This document shows positions 51,151 through 61,143 of a stretch of 64,000 nucleotides of DNA, piece by piece. Origin of the DNA: Thermoplasmata archaeon (lineage in GTDB: Archaea; Thermoplasmatota; Thermoplasmata; Thermoplasmatales; ARK-15); NCBI GenBank assembly GCA_039794005.1, contig JBAMMA010000001.1, forward strand, positions 1-64,000. Direction: 5' to 3'. The first letter of the stretch is position 1, and each line of letters starts with the position of its first letter. The notes under the pieces are model-generated. The model made no database searches and was not told where the DNA came from. It saw nothing but the letters and a program-made list of their open reading frames with translations. The position numbers were made by a program, and so were the translations under genes.

Positions 51151-54100
51151 ATGAGAGAAAAAGGTGTATCAGAAGTTATAGGTACCTTATTAATGTTGGC
51201 TATTACTGTAACATTATTTAGTTCTGTATTTTATTATGTTGCAACTATGCCTCCCCCGCAAACACAAGTTTATGCATCATTTAAAGCACAATATTATTAT
51301 TATCAAAATGGAACATTTAAAATAATAATTTATAATGTAGGTGGGGAATCATTAAACGCAAAAACAACCGAATTATTAATATTTATTTTAAATCCCACCA
51401 ATAGAGTAACGTATTTATTGTCAAATCCATTAATTTATGAACAAATAAATAGTTATTATTTCTCTCCAGGGATGCATTTCACATATTACTCATGGTGGAA
51501 TGGAATAAAAAATATTGGGCCACAAAGTTCTATAACATTATATTTAATTGACAAATTAAATAATCAGATTGTTTGGTACGATGTCATTCAAGGATATATG
51601 AAAAGTCTTGAAATAATTGGAATATCGTATTTTCCACAGCCATTTCCAGCATTGGTTAATTTTAATGGAAAGATATTGGCATATGTAATTTACAATCCAA
51701 GCGGTCAAATTCCAACAGTTAAAATAACAATACCAAAAATGAATATATTTTATAAAAATATGTCATATTTAAGTCCGATGACATTTTATTTTCAATCTAC
51801 TTTTTCAAGCATATCACCAGGAAATTATACCGTTAAAATCAATGCAATTCTTAACAATATAAATATTTCCTATTATGGAAATATAAGTGTTCAAATGACA
51901 TCACAATCAAACATGGCTTTGAGAATTACATCAATAAGTTTATCTTCGCCAGATCCTATTCATGGTTCAACAGATTTAATAATACTATCCATTAACAATC
52001 CCACTCCAAATTTAGAAACTTTCTATTTAAAATTATCGGATTATTATCATGTGACAAATTCTTGGTCCAATATATCTACGGGGGAGGGTAATCCTATAAA
52101 AGAACAGATAATGCCCTATACATCATCCACATTTGTAATACCATGGATTAACGTTGGTGGAAATAATTCAGCTATGGGAAACCATACTCTATATGCAAAT
52201 ATAACAGATCCAATTCCCGCTGTTCCAGCTTATGGAAATTTCATAAATTTTACCGTTATGCCTAGAATTTTAATGGTCGATGATGAGGATAATTTAACCA
52301 ATACTCAATATTCAGTATTTAACATTTATTACCAGATGATGCAATATATGGATTACAATTTTACCCCAGCTATCTTGCCATCATACCTGACACCAATATC
52401 TTTGAATGGTTATGATCTTGTTATTTGGATAACTGGATATTCTTCTCACGGTTTGGGACCTCAGCAAAAGGCAATATTGGAAAATTATGTTTCAAAGATG
52501 AATGGAGCATTACTTTTGATAGGCTCTTCATTAAATGATTTTAATGGTATGTTTGGTAATGGTGCTAGCATATCACAAACTCCAATTTTTAATACAACTA
52601 TAAAATATTACAATTTACCAAAGATTTCCTCAGACACATTATATATGCCTATAAATTATACAGGATATTTAAAATACAGCAGTTTAAATTCATATGTAAT
52701 ATTGTTTTCAAATAATAGTCCACCACAATCAGGACAAGGTGGAAATGGAATAGAATATCCATTAGCATCAATTAGTGGATACCATGAACCTTCGGTAGTA
52801 TATGGAAAATACAATTATGGTAGATTTATATTTGTGGGTTATGAATTTTCCAGGATGAACCTTTATCAGGATTATTTTATATTGAACAGAATGGTTTTAT
52901 GGCTGTCAAATATATCATCAAGGTCTGGATTAAATGATTTGGCATTAGTTGATTTTTCAATGTCTCCATCAAATCCATTATTTTTGCAAAAGGTCAATCT
53001 ATCATTTTATGTTATGAACTTGGCACCTGGACCATTTGGTAATCAAAATCTTATATTGGAATATACCATAGGAGGAATGCAGCATTTTATAACGGTTGGT
53101 AATATAACCCAAGGTAATGGTTATATAAAGGTGGTAAACACAACATGGATAGCTAATCTATCTCCTGGTTCATACACCATATCAACATATTTAAACTGGT
53201 ACCATAATCCTCCAGAAGTTAATTATAACAATAATATGTTCAATTCTATAACAGATGTAAAAATTAATGTTATATATTCTGTGCTGTTTGTTTATTTACA
53301 TACAGGGAATGACAATGATACCGCTTTAGCGAACACATTAAATAACTTGAAAATCAACTTTAAGTTCATTAACTATCAAGAAAATGGAAATAATTTTATA
53401 AACTTTGTTAAGATATTCCCATATTATAATCTTGTAATACTTGATTTTAACAATTCTGGTAACTTTGGTTTATCCACTCAGGCACAAAATGTTTTATCGC
53501 AGGCAATCTATAATTATTTAAATAACCCAAATGCATCATATTATCCTTACAATTTGTTGATATTAGGAGAAAATTCTGGAAATGCATTTCAAAATTATGG
53601 TAATGGTACACTTTACAATGCTTTAAATATTTATCGTATAAGTACAAGTAACACACATGGTCAAGGGCAGTTGTTTGGATTAAACTACAACAATGTAAAT
53701 CCTGGTCTAAATCAATTTGAAATAAATGTAACCAGGGGAATTGGATTTGTTTATTATTATTCATCAACATCAACTGTGATACAATTAAATAATAATGCAA
53801 GAGGATTGGCCATTCTAGACAGACTGCAATATCCTCCACTTAATCAACCAATCTATGCAGGCAGGGCAATAACTGAAAATATTTCTAATGTAAATGTAAT
53901 ATTCTTCCCTTATGATTGGTCTAATATATTGGGTTTAATTCAGAATCATACTTCTTACTATTCTCCAAATGTACTTTCATCCAACCCATTGAACTATCAA
54001 ACACCCAGTGCCAAACAATATATTAGAAATCTTTTAATGATTAATTTTTTGAACGCATTCAGATACAAATTTAATTATTCAATACCTGAAATTCTTTCAG

Positions 54101-55806
54101 TGGATCTGTCATTAAATTCAAATCATCCTACGTTGAATAATTATTATATAATATCAGGAATAGTCAGAAACTTGGGAACTAAACCAATTAGCGTTATATT
54201 GCAATCCTATGAGGAAACATCACTGTTTTCAACACAAACCATATATCTTCCAGGACTTTCTGTGATACCTTTTGAAGTAATTTGGAAACCAACATATGCA
54301 TCTTCCCCGAACCCAGAAGTTTTAAGGTTTGTTTTGAATACAAATAATTTAGTTATACCAACATCAATGCTCGAGGCAATACTATTCACACCAACATATT
54401 TCTTTTACGATGATTTTTCTAATGGATTTTCACAGAACTGGATACATTATGCTGATGCATTTGCTTATTCTGGAGTTTCTTATTGGAGCAATTTCTTTTC
54501 AGGGCTAACCAAAAAAACATCTGATTATATTCCATCACAACCTTACAGCATATTTGGTCCTGTAGATAACATATTTTATTCGAGTTATATTGGAAATTAC
54601 AATAGAAACTCTGTTGGTTCATGGAATCTTTATCCGAATGGATACAGTGGCGGGTATTCATTGGGAATTTCATGGAATGTAAACAGTGCTAATGGTCGAT
54701 GGGCAAGACCAGTATATGTTTTGGAAACATATCCGATTAATATTAAGGGTTCTGCATCAGCATACATTGAATTTTATGCCTCATATCAATTGGCATATGC
54801 TGCTGAGGGCGTTTTATTATTCATCAGTCATGACCAAGGAACCTGGTATTGGATTCCACCCGTTGGTGGATACCATAACAATGGTCCATGGGAGAATTTG
54901 CGATATTTAACGGGTAATTATTTATATCCAGTTGCCGGTTCAACATTAACTCCAATGTTTGTTGGAGTATCTGGTGGTGGTCTACAGCCCAAATGGGTGT
55001 TTTTTAAATTTAATTTAGATTATACATTTGTAGATCAACATGGAAATAAACAATACATTAATGCATCTCAATGGCAGACTTTGTGGGTAGAATTTGTTTT
55101 TATAGGTGATAATTCATACAATGGAGGTAATATAAACGTTTACGGTAACGACAATTTCTTTTTCGATGACTTTAAGATTGTAGAAACAGGTCCATTGTAT
55201 CCTCAGAATAGCGTTGTAAATAGTGGTACATCTGGAGATACTTGGAAGATCATAAACGGTAACCAGATAGGTCTTAGCAATAATCTATATGGATACTATG
55301 TATCAATAACCCCAGATACAATTGATAACCTTGTTTCAGTACCTATTGATTTGGTGAATGCAATAAGCGTAAATATGAATTTCTTAACAAAATATTCAAT
55401 TTGGGCAAGGTTTGCATATGCCCAAGATCCCACAGATGTTCCGAATGGATTCAGATTATATATTGGTGCATCTAGTGGAAATGCAATAACATGGTCTCAG
55501 TTGGATACAAGATGGGCTGGCGAAGCTGGCATCGTATCATTAACATTGGCATCGTATATACCTAGCGTTTATTATCCAGGAATTGGGGCATTTTCATCTC
55601 AGCTTGGACCTTATATAGATTTGACATCTTACGCTGGTCAGACAATTCATATTAAATTTGAAGTAAATGGTGATTATCCCTCTCTCTTCCATGGATCATT
55701 TGGCCTTGTGGAATCTGTATCTAGCGATTGGGTTTTCATAACAGATGTGATAGTTAGTGGATACAGTTTATATTCCCCAGTTTACGTAAACCTTATATGG
55801 ACTTAA
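51151..55806 (+). CDS. Giant archaeal type IV pilin-like surface protein A (~1550 aa)
   Basis: Class III signal peptide MREKG/VSEVIGTLLMLAITVTLF; CARDB/Ig-like segments (EVNYNNN), alpha/beta modules (ILMVDDE..YDLVIWITG) and beta-rich C-terminus; TATA-like CTTAAATA at 51118 favours ATG 51151. Confidence 0.85.
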   Translation: MREKGVSEVIGTLLMLAITVTLFSSVFYYVATMPPPQTQVYASFKAQYYYYQNGTFKIIIYNVGGESLNAKTTELLIFILNPTNRVTYLLSNPLIYEQINSYYFSPGMHFTYYSWWNGIKNIGPQSSITLYLIDKLNNQIVWYDVIQGYMKSLEIIGISYFPQPFPALVNFNGKILAYVIYNPSGQIPTVKITIPKMNIFYKNMSYLSPMTFYFQSTFSSISPGNYTVKINAILNNINISYYGNISVQMTSQSNMALRITSISLSSPDPIHGSTDLIILSINNPTPNLETFYLKLSDYYHVTNSWSNISTGEGNPIKEQIMPYTSSTFVIPWINVGGNNSAMGNHTLYANITDPIPAVPAYGNFINFTVMPRILMVDDEDNLTNTQYSVFNIYYQMMQYMDYNFTPAILPSYLTPISLNGYDLVIWITGYSSHGLGPQQKAILENYVSKMNGALLLIGSSLNDFNGMFGNGASISQTPIFNTTIKYYNLPKISSDTLYMPINYTGYLKYSSLNSYVILFSNNSPPQSGQGGNGIEYPLASISGYHEPSVVYGKYNYGRFIFVGYEFSRMNLYQDYFILNRMVLWLSNISSRSGLNDLALVDFSMSPSNPLFLQKVNLSFYVMNLAPGPFGNQNLILEYTIGGMQHFITVGNITQGNGYIKVVNTTWIANLSPGSYTISTYLNWYHNPPEVNYNNNMFNSITDVKINVIYSVLFVYLHTGNDNDTALANTLNNLKINFKFINYQENGNNFINFVKIFPYYNLVILDFNNSGNFGLSTQAQNVLSQAIYNYLNNPNASYYPYNLLILGENSGNAFQNYGNGTLYNALNIYRISTSNTHGQGQLFGLNYNNVNPGLNQFEINVTRGIGFVYYYSSTSTVIQLNNNARGLAILDRLQYPPLNQPIYAGRAITENISNVNVIFFPYDWSNILGLIQNHTSYYSPNVLSSNPLNYQTPSAKQYIRNLLMINFLNAFRYKFNYSIPEILSVDLSLNSNHPTLNNYYIISGIVRNLGTKPISVILQSYEETSLFSTQTIYLPGLSVIPFEVIWKPTYASSPNPEVLRFVLNTNNLVIPTSMLEAILFTPTYFFYDDFSNGFSQNWIHYADAFAYSGVSYWSNFFSGLTKKTSDYIPSQPYSIFGPVDNIFYSSYIGNYNRNSVGSWNLYPNGYSGGYSLGISWNVNSANGRWARPVYVLETYPINIKGSASAYIEFYASYQLAYAAEGVLLFISHDQGTWYWIPPVGGYHNNGPWENLRYLTGNYLYPVAGSTLTPMFVGVSGGGLQPKWVFFKFNLDYTFVDQHGNKQYINASQWQTLWVEFVFIGDNSYNGGNINVYGNDNFFFDDFKIVETGPLYPQNSVVNSGTSGDTWKIINGNQIGLSNNLYGYYVSITPDTIDNLVSVPIDLVNAISVNMNFLTKYSIWARFAYAQDPTDVPNGFRLYIGASSGNAITWSQLDTRWAGEAGIVSLTLASYIPSVYYPGIGAFSSQLGPYIDLTSYAGQTIHIKFEVNGDYPSLFHGSFGLVESVSSDWVFITDVIVSGYSLYSPVYVNLIWT
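51166..51239 (+). repeat. 74-bp direct repeat, copy 1 (pilin N-terminal helix coding sequence)
   Basis: 72 of 74 nt identical to 55891-55964. Confidence 0.9.
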
Positions 55807-55875
55807 TTTTCTTTTTATATAATTTCGTAAATACCCCAAAATATTTAAATATAATAAAATCAATGAAATCTTTTG

Positions 55876-58800
55876 ATGAAGGAAAGTGGAGTATCAGAAG
55901 TTATAGGTACATTATTAATGTTGGCTATTACTGTAACATTATTTAGCTCTGTATTTTATTATGTATCAACATTACCCCCTCCTCCTACACAGGTATATGC
56001 CTCATTTCAAGTTAAATATTTACCTAATTATAATAATGGTAGTTTTATATTATATTTACAAAATTTAGGCGGTGAATCATTAAATGCGTACACAACTAGG
56101 TTAGAACTGTTAGGAACAAATCCATCATTTTATGCTGGTATAGATTTTTCAAATCCTAAAATTCTATCGCAACTGAAATCGAATTATTTCGAGCCCGGCA
56201 ACACCATAGTTTACAAGTCCTGGTGGAATAACATTTCAAAGATAAATTCACAAACGACGATTAATTTATTTTTAATAGATAAATTAAATAATCAGCTTAT
56301 CTATTCAAATCTATTACAGGGTATTATAAAATCATTGGAGATTGTAGGTTTTTCATATACTCCAGTACCATTTTATTCAAATCAGCCTATCAATGCAAAA
56401 TTCTTCGCATATGTTATTTACAATCCTAACAATAATGTATTGCCAACATTGACTATTTCAATACCTGGGTTTAAAATGAATGGAACAATGCAATATTATT
56501 CACCTTTTGAATATATGTTTTCCTATTCATTTGTGAATCTGGCTGTTGGAAATTATACTGTTTACATAAATGCAACATTAGGTAAATTGACATCATATTT
56601 CAAGGGTACAATAACTGTTTTGCAATCTCCAACAGGTCCTTTTGCCTTAAGGATAACATCCATAAGTTTGGCAAATCCGGATCCTGTGCATGGGTCAACA
56701 GACATGATTTTCATATCAGTTTCAAATCCTTCCAGCAATGATGAAAAATTCCAGATTTTGTTGAATGATTATTATCCATACAATAATTCAAAAAGTTTAA
56801 TATCTACAAATCTAGGAGACCCGTTCTGGGAAAAGATTTCCGCATATTCCTCTACTACATTTGTAATAACATGGTACAATGTTGGTGGTAATGGATTTGC
56901 TGAAGGTAATCATACGCTTTTTGCAACAATATTGAATCCAACACCACAAATTCCAACTTCTGGAAATTACTGCAATTTGACAGTGATGCCCAGAATTTTA
57001 TTAGTAGATGATGAAGCTCAGTATACAAATACCCCAAATTCAGTATTCAATTATTATTATAATATTTTGAGTTATATGAATTATAATGTTTCAACTGAGA
57101 TTTTGCCAAATCCGCAAACACCTATTACTTTAAATTCCTATGATCTTGTTGTTTGGATAACTGGATATTCACAATCCGGAATAGGAACACAGCAATTATC
57201 TCAGATAAATAATTTTGTTAACGTTTATGGTGGCTCATTTATGTTGATTGGTGATTATCCGGGCGAATTTTCAGGAATTTTTAACAGTAATATCGTTGCA
57301 TATTCCCAGAGCATTTCACAGACATCTATAAAATACAATAATTTCACAAAAATATCTCCAAATACAATAAACATGTATGTTAACATGGTTGGAAATATTA
57401 CACCTGGAAACCCAAACATATCATCTTCAAATAATATACTGTTTTTCACAGGAAGCATAATACATTACCTCGCATCTCTTCCATTGAATATAAATCCAAA
57501 TAACTATCCATCTGCGGTATACGGAGTATCAAACAATGGGAGATTTGTTTTAATTGGATATGAATTGACTAGAATGTATTTATATCAACAATACTATATA
57601 TTAAATAAGGCCATGATGTGGTTATCAAATATTTCCATAAGACAACATCTCTATGATCTTGCTTTAATAGACATGGAAATTTCAACGCACAGTCCATTAT
57701 TCCTACAATCCGTTAATATTACATTTTACATAATGAATTTATCACCTGGACCTTTTGGAAATGGAAATACAATACTTGAATATTCAATTGGAAATAAACA
57801 ATATTTTGTTCCTGTTGGTAATATAACACAAGGAAATGGTTCTATTGTTAAAATGACTGTCTCATGGACCGCTACATTATCACCGGGTATTTATCCTATA
57901 AATGCTTATTTAAATTATTACCATTCTCCACAGGAAGTAAATTATAATAACAATGTTTTGAATAATTTAGTAAATATAAATATATTTGTAAAATATTCTG
58001 TATTGGTTGTCTGGGTACACAAAAATGGTGATAATAACAACATTACGGGTGTTACAAATACATTGAAGAATTTAAATGTTGCATATACGTTCTTTGATTT
58101 CAATGAGCAGAATGTTAAATTGCCAAAGAATTTTAATTATATGTTTAAAAAATATAATTTGGTAATAATCGATTTTAACAATACTGGAGAATTATCTGGA
58201 TATAAATATGCAATAAACTTGTCGGATGCAATTTACAATTACATAATGAATCCTAATACAACAATTTATCCATATTCACTATTATTTTTAGGTGAAAGAA
58301 CTGGTTATGCTTTGGAATATTCACAGCCAACATCTAATAATGTTAATCTTTTGTCCCTATTAAATATAAATAATATACAGTTTGGAACAAACATAACAAA
58401 GAACACTGCCACATTATATGGACTTTCCTACGGGAATTTAAATATAAATTTAAATAATTTTCAAATAAATGTGACCGATGGCTATGGATTTTTATATTAT
58501 TATTCACAGTACTGGAATTTAATTTCACTGAATTCTGGAACAAATGGTTTGGCAATTTTAGGCGGTGCACAATACCCAATATTCAATTATCCTCTATACA
58601 CTGGAAGGGCAGTTATTGAAAATGTCAGCAATGTAATAGTTGGAATAGTACCATATGATTTTGAAAACATTGTAGGATTGATTCAGCCACATACATATCA
58701 GTATTCTCCACAATACACATCATCAAATCCCTTATATTACCAAAATCCAAGCAAATCACAATATACAAAAAATATGTTTATGATGAATTTATTGCTGGCA

Positions 58801-60525
58801 TTTAGATATCATTTTAACACTGCGATACCATATATACCATATACCAGAATATCCATAAATTCACCATATGTTTCCTTAAATAATTATTATTTGATCTCAG
58901 GAGTTATAAGAAATCTTGGTGATGTTCCAACATCGGTAATTTTACAAGCATATGAAGAATCATCAATCTTCACATCCGAAACAATATATTTGCCTGCTGA
59001 ATCAAACATTCCTTTCCAGGTAATATGGAAACCAACATATGCATCCTCACCTAACCCTGAATATCTGAGATTTACTTTGATTTATAATGGTATAACTAGT
59101 CCATTAGATGAAGCAATAATATCAACTCCTGTATACTATTTCTACGATGATGGATCTTCATTATCCGGATGGACTCATTACGATATAATAGCAGATGTCA
59201 TTGGCCAATATCCATTTGGTTTAACCTCAGAGGTAGAAACACCACAAACAGGCATATTAACCACAAATTTTGCAAAGATTGGAGGATCTGGAGTGAAATC
59301 ATATTGGACATCGAGTGATTATTACATATATCCATATTCATATTATATTCAAGATTCAATTAATTACAATAAATATCCATACAATTATTTGTATTTACAA
59401 ATGCCTACAGTATATGTTCCAGCTGGCAGTGACATAATTTTATCCTGGTGGTGGAAATACAGTATTGCGTTTGCTCAAAATGGGCTTTTTGTTATGGTAA
59501 ATGTTAACGGTAAATGGTATCAGGTTGAAATGCCCTATAATAACAATCCAGATTTAGGAAATGTACCAAATGTAAATAATTGTAATATATACGAAGTTTA
59601 CAACGGTGTTAGTGGTGGCGGTACATTTACATGGACATTCCATAAAATACAGAGTGTAAATGATTATTTATACGTCATGAATCCATCAAATGGATTACCG
59701 TTGAACTCTCCAATATACATAGGAAATTCCTATGTTACATTTTATATATATTATGTCCAGCCAGATTATGTCGGAAATGAAGGTGGAAGTACCCAGGCAG
59801 GTGCTGGTGCATATATAGATAATGTAATGTTGGCAATAACAAATGGTGGATTGGATGGTTGGAGAGTTATAAATCCATCCATGTCAGCATCTCAATTGCA
59901 AATATCATATACAAATTATCTGGGATTTTCTGGTGCACCAACATACAATCTTATTGCGGACTTTGTAAATGAAAATGGATATCCAGGATTTGTTAGCAAC
60001 ATGTGGGATAATTTAATTACACCACCAATCGATCTTGTAGATGCCGTTTCGGCTCAATTGTCATTTACATTTAAGGCAAACATACAACAGGGTTGGTATG
60101 GTGATGGATGGCCTCCTGATTTCTTCTTATTGAGTGTGAGTAACAATAATGGAGAAACATGGAGCTGGTTCTATTCCCCACCCACATATCCAACAAATCC
60201 AATTTACAATCCTCCTTGGAGTAATAGCGGTGGCGGAACAATATGGTTTGACGGTCGCAATTATTGGCCTGCAAACGGTGCAAATGGAAATTATTGGTTG
60301 ACAGTTACATTTCCATTGAATTCATTTGTAGGTGAAAACATCATGTTTGATTTTCAGATATTCACAAACAATGGCAATTGGGGATATGGTGATAAAGATT
60401 TTATTGGTCATGCAGTAAACACAAATAATCTTGGCAGCAATCCATTCCTAGGATTCTATATGACAAACATAATCGTTAGTGGATACATGGCTTTTACTCC
60501 AATATATGTACAAACATTTTGGTAA
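55876..60525 (+). CDS. Giant archaeal type IV pilin-like surface protein B (~1550 aa), tandem paralog of A
   Basis: MKESG/VSEVIGTLLMLAITVTLF; colinear architecture with A; TTTAAATA at 55844 positioned for a leaderless start at ATG 55876. Confidence 0.85.
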   Translation: MKESGVSEVIGTLLMLAITVTLFSSVFYYVSTLPPPPTQVYASFQVKYLPNYNNGSFILYLQNLGGESLNAYTTRLELLGTNPSFYAGIDFSNPKILSQLKSNYFEPGNTIVYKSWWNNISKINSQTTINLFLIDKLNNQLIYSNLLQGIIKSLEIVGFSYTPVPFYSNQPINAKFFAYVIYNPNNNVLPTLTISIPGFKMNGTMQYYSPFEYMFSYSFVNLAVGNYTVYINATLGKLTSYFKGTITVLQSPTGPFALRITSISLANPDPVHGSTDMIFISVSNPSSNDEKFQILLNDYYPYNNSKSLISTNLGDPFWEKISAYSSTTFVITWYNVGGNGFAEGNHTLFATILNPTPQIPTSGNYCNLTVMPRILLVDDEAQYTNTPNSVFNYYYNILSYMNYNVSTEILPNPQTPITLNSYDLVVWITGYSQSGIGTQQLSQINNFVNVYGGSFMLIGDYPGEFSGIFNSNIVAYSQSISQTSIKYNNFTKISPNTINMYVNMVGNITPGNPNISSSNNILFFTGSIIHYLASLPLNINPNNYPSAVYGVSNNGRFVLIGYELTRMYLYQQYYILNKAMMWLSNISIRQHLYDLALIDMEISTHSPLFLQSVNITFYIMNLSPGPFGNGNTILEYSIGNKQYFVPVGNITQGNGSIVKMTVSWTATLSPGIYPINAYLNYYHSPQEVNYNNNVLNNLVNINIFVKYSVLVVWVHKNGDNNNITGVTNTLKNLNVAYTFFDFNEQNVKLPKNFNYMFKKYNLVIIDFNNTGELSGYKYAINLSDAIYNYIMNPNTTIYPYSLLFLGERTGYALEYSQPTSNNVNLLSLLNINNIQFGTNITKNTATLYGLSYGNLNINLNNFQINVTDGYGFLYYYSQYWNLISLNSGTNGLAILGGAQYPIFNYPLYTGRAVIENVSNVIVGIVPYDFENIVGLIQPHTYQYSPQYTSSNPLYYQNPSKSQYTKNMFMMNLLLAFRYHFNTAIPYIPYTRISINSPYVSLNNYYLISGVIRNLGDVPTSVILQAYEESSIFTSETIYLPAESNIPFQVIWKPTYASSPNPEYLRFTLIYNGITSPLDEAIISTPVYYFYDDGSSLSGWTHYDIIADVIGQYPFGLTSEVETPQTGILTTNFAKIGGSGVKSYWTSSDYYIYPYSYYIQDSINYNKYPYNYLYLQMPTVYVPAGSDIILSWWWKYSIAFAQNGLFVMVNVNGKWYQVEMPYNNNPDLGNVPNVNNCNIYEVYNGVSGGGTFTWTFHKIQSVNDYLYVMNPSNGLPLNSPIYIGNSYVTFYIYYVQPDYVGNEGGSTQAGAGAYIDNVMLAITNGGLDGWRVINPSMSASQLQISYTNYLGFSGAPTYNLIADFVNENGYPGFVSNMWDNLITPPIDLVDAVSAQLSFTFKANIQQGWYGDGWPPDFFLLSVSNNNGETWSWFYSPPTYPTNPIYNPPWSNSGGGTIWFDGRNYWPANGANGNYWLTVTFPLNSFVGENIMFDFQIFTNNGNWGYGDKDFIGHAVNTNNLGSNPFLGFYMTNIIVSGYMAFTPIYVQTFW
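55891..55964 (+). repeat. 74-bp direct repeat, copy 2 (pilin N-terminal helix coding sequence)
   Basis: 72 of 74 nt identical to 51166-51239; differences ACC/ACA and AGT/AGC. Confidence 0.9.
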
Positions 60526-60620
60526 TTTTTATTAATATTATTAAATTTCCATTTTTCATAACCTCTGATTAAAAAATTTTATATAGAAGTAATAAAATAC
60601 CAAAAAACTGGTGTTTAATA

Positions 60621-61136
60621 ATGGGAAAAAATATAACTAAAAAAGAATTGGAAAATATGTTAAACGAAGAAAAGAATAAAAATGTAGAATTACAGAATAT
60701 ATTGAATCAGAAAGAAGATGAAATTAAAAAATTAAATGAAAGAATAATAAGAATGCAGGCTGATTTTGATAATTATATAAAAAATATAAACAGAGAAAAA
60801 AGCGAATTGATAAAGATGTTATCTGTTGACATTGTAAAAGAATTTATCGATGATCTTGAAAATATTGAAAGATTAGAAAAACAAATAGAAGATCAAAAAA
60901 TTAAAGAATCCATTGAATTAATAAAAAGTCATATGGAAAAGACTTTGATGAAATTTGGATTAGAAAAAATAGAATCTTTAGGAAAAAAATTTGATCCATA
61001 TTTACATGAAGCCATCAACATTGAATATTCTGATAATGGTGAAGATGGTATCATTGTTGAAGAATATAGAAAAGGTTATAAAATTAATGGTGTTGTAGTT
61101 AGACCTTCCATGGTAAAAGTAATAAAAAGGAGGTGA
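60621..61136 (+). CDS. grpE: Nucleotide exchange factor GrpE
   Basis: [34 protein letters not shown]. Confidence 0.96.
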   Translation: MGKNITKKELENMLNEEKNKNVELQNILNQKEDEIKKLNERIIRMQADFDNYIKNINREKSELIKMLSVDIVKEFIDDLENIERLEKQIEDQKIKESIELIKSHMEKTLMKFGLEKIESLGKKFDPYLHEAINIEYSDNGEDGIIVEEYRKGYKINGVVVRPSMVKVIKRR

Positions 61137-61143
61137 AAATTTT

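Noticed and set aside
55863-55876. Upstream out-of-frame ATG and T4 run suggesting phase variation of pilin B (MKSLMKESG)
   Set aside because: The T-run is too short. TATA spacing supports a leaderless start at ATG 55876, matching the five-residue signal peptide of pilin A.
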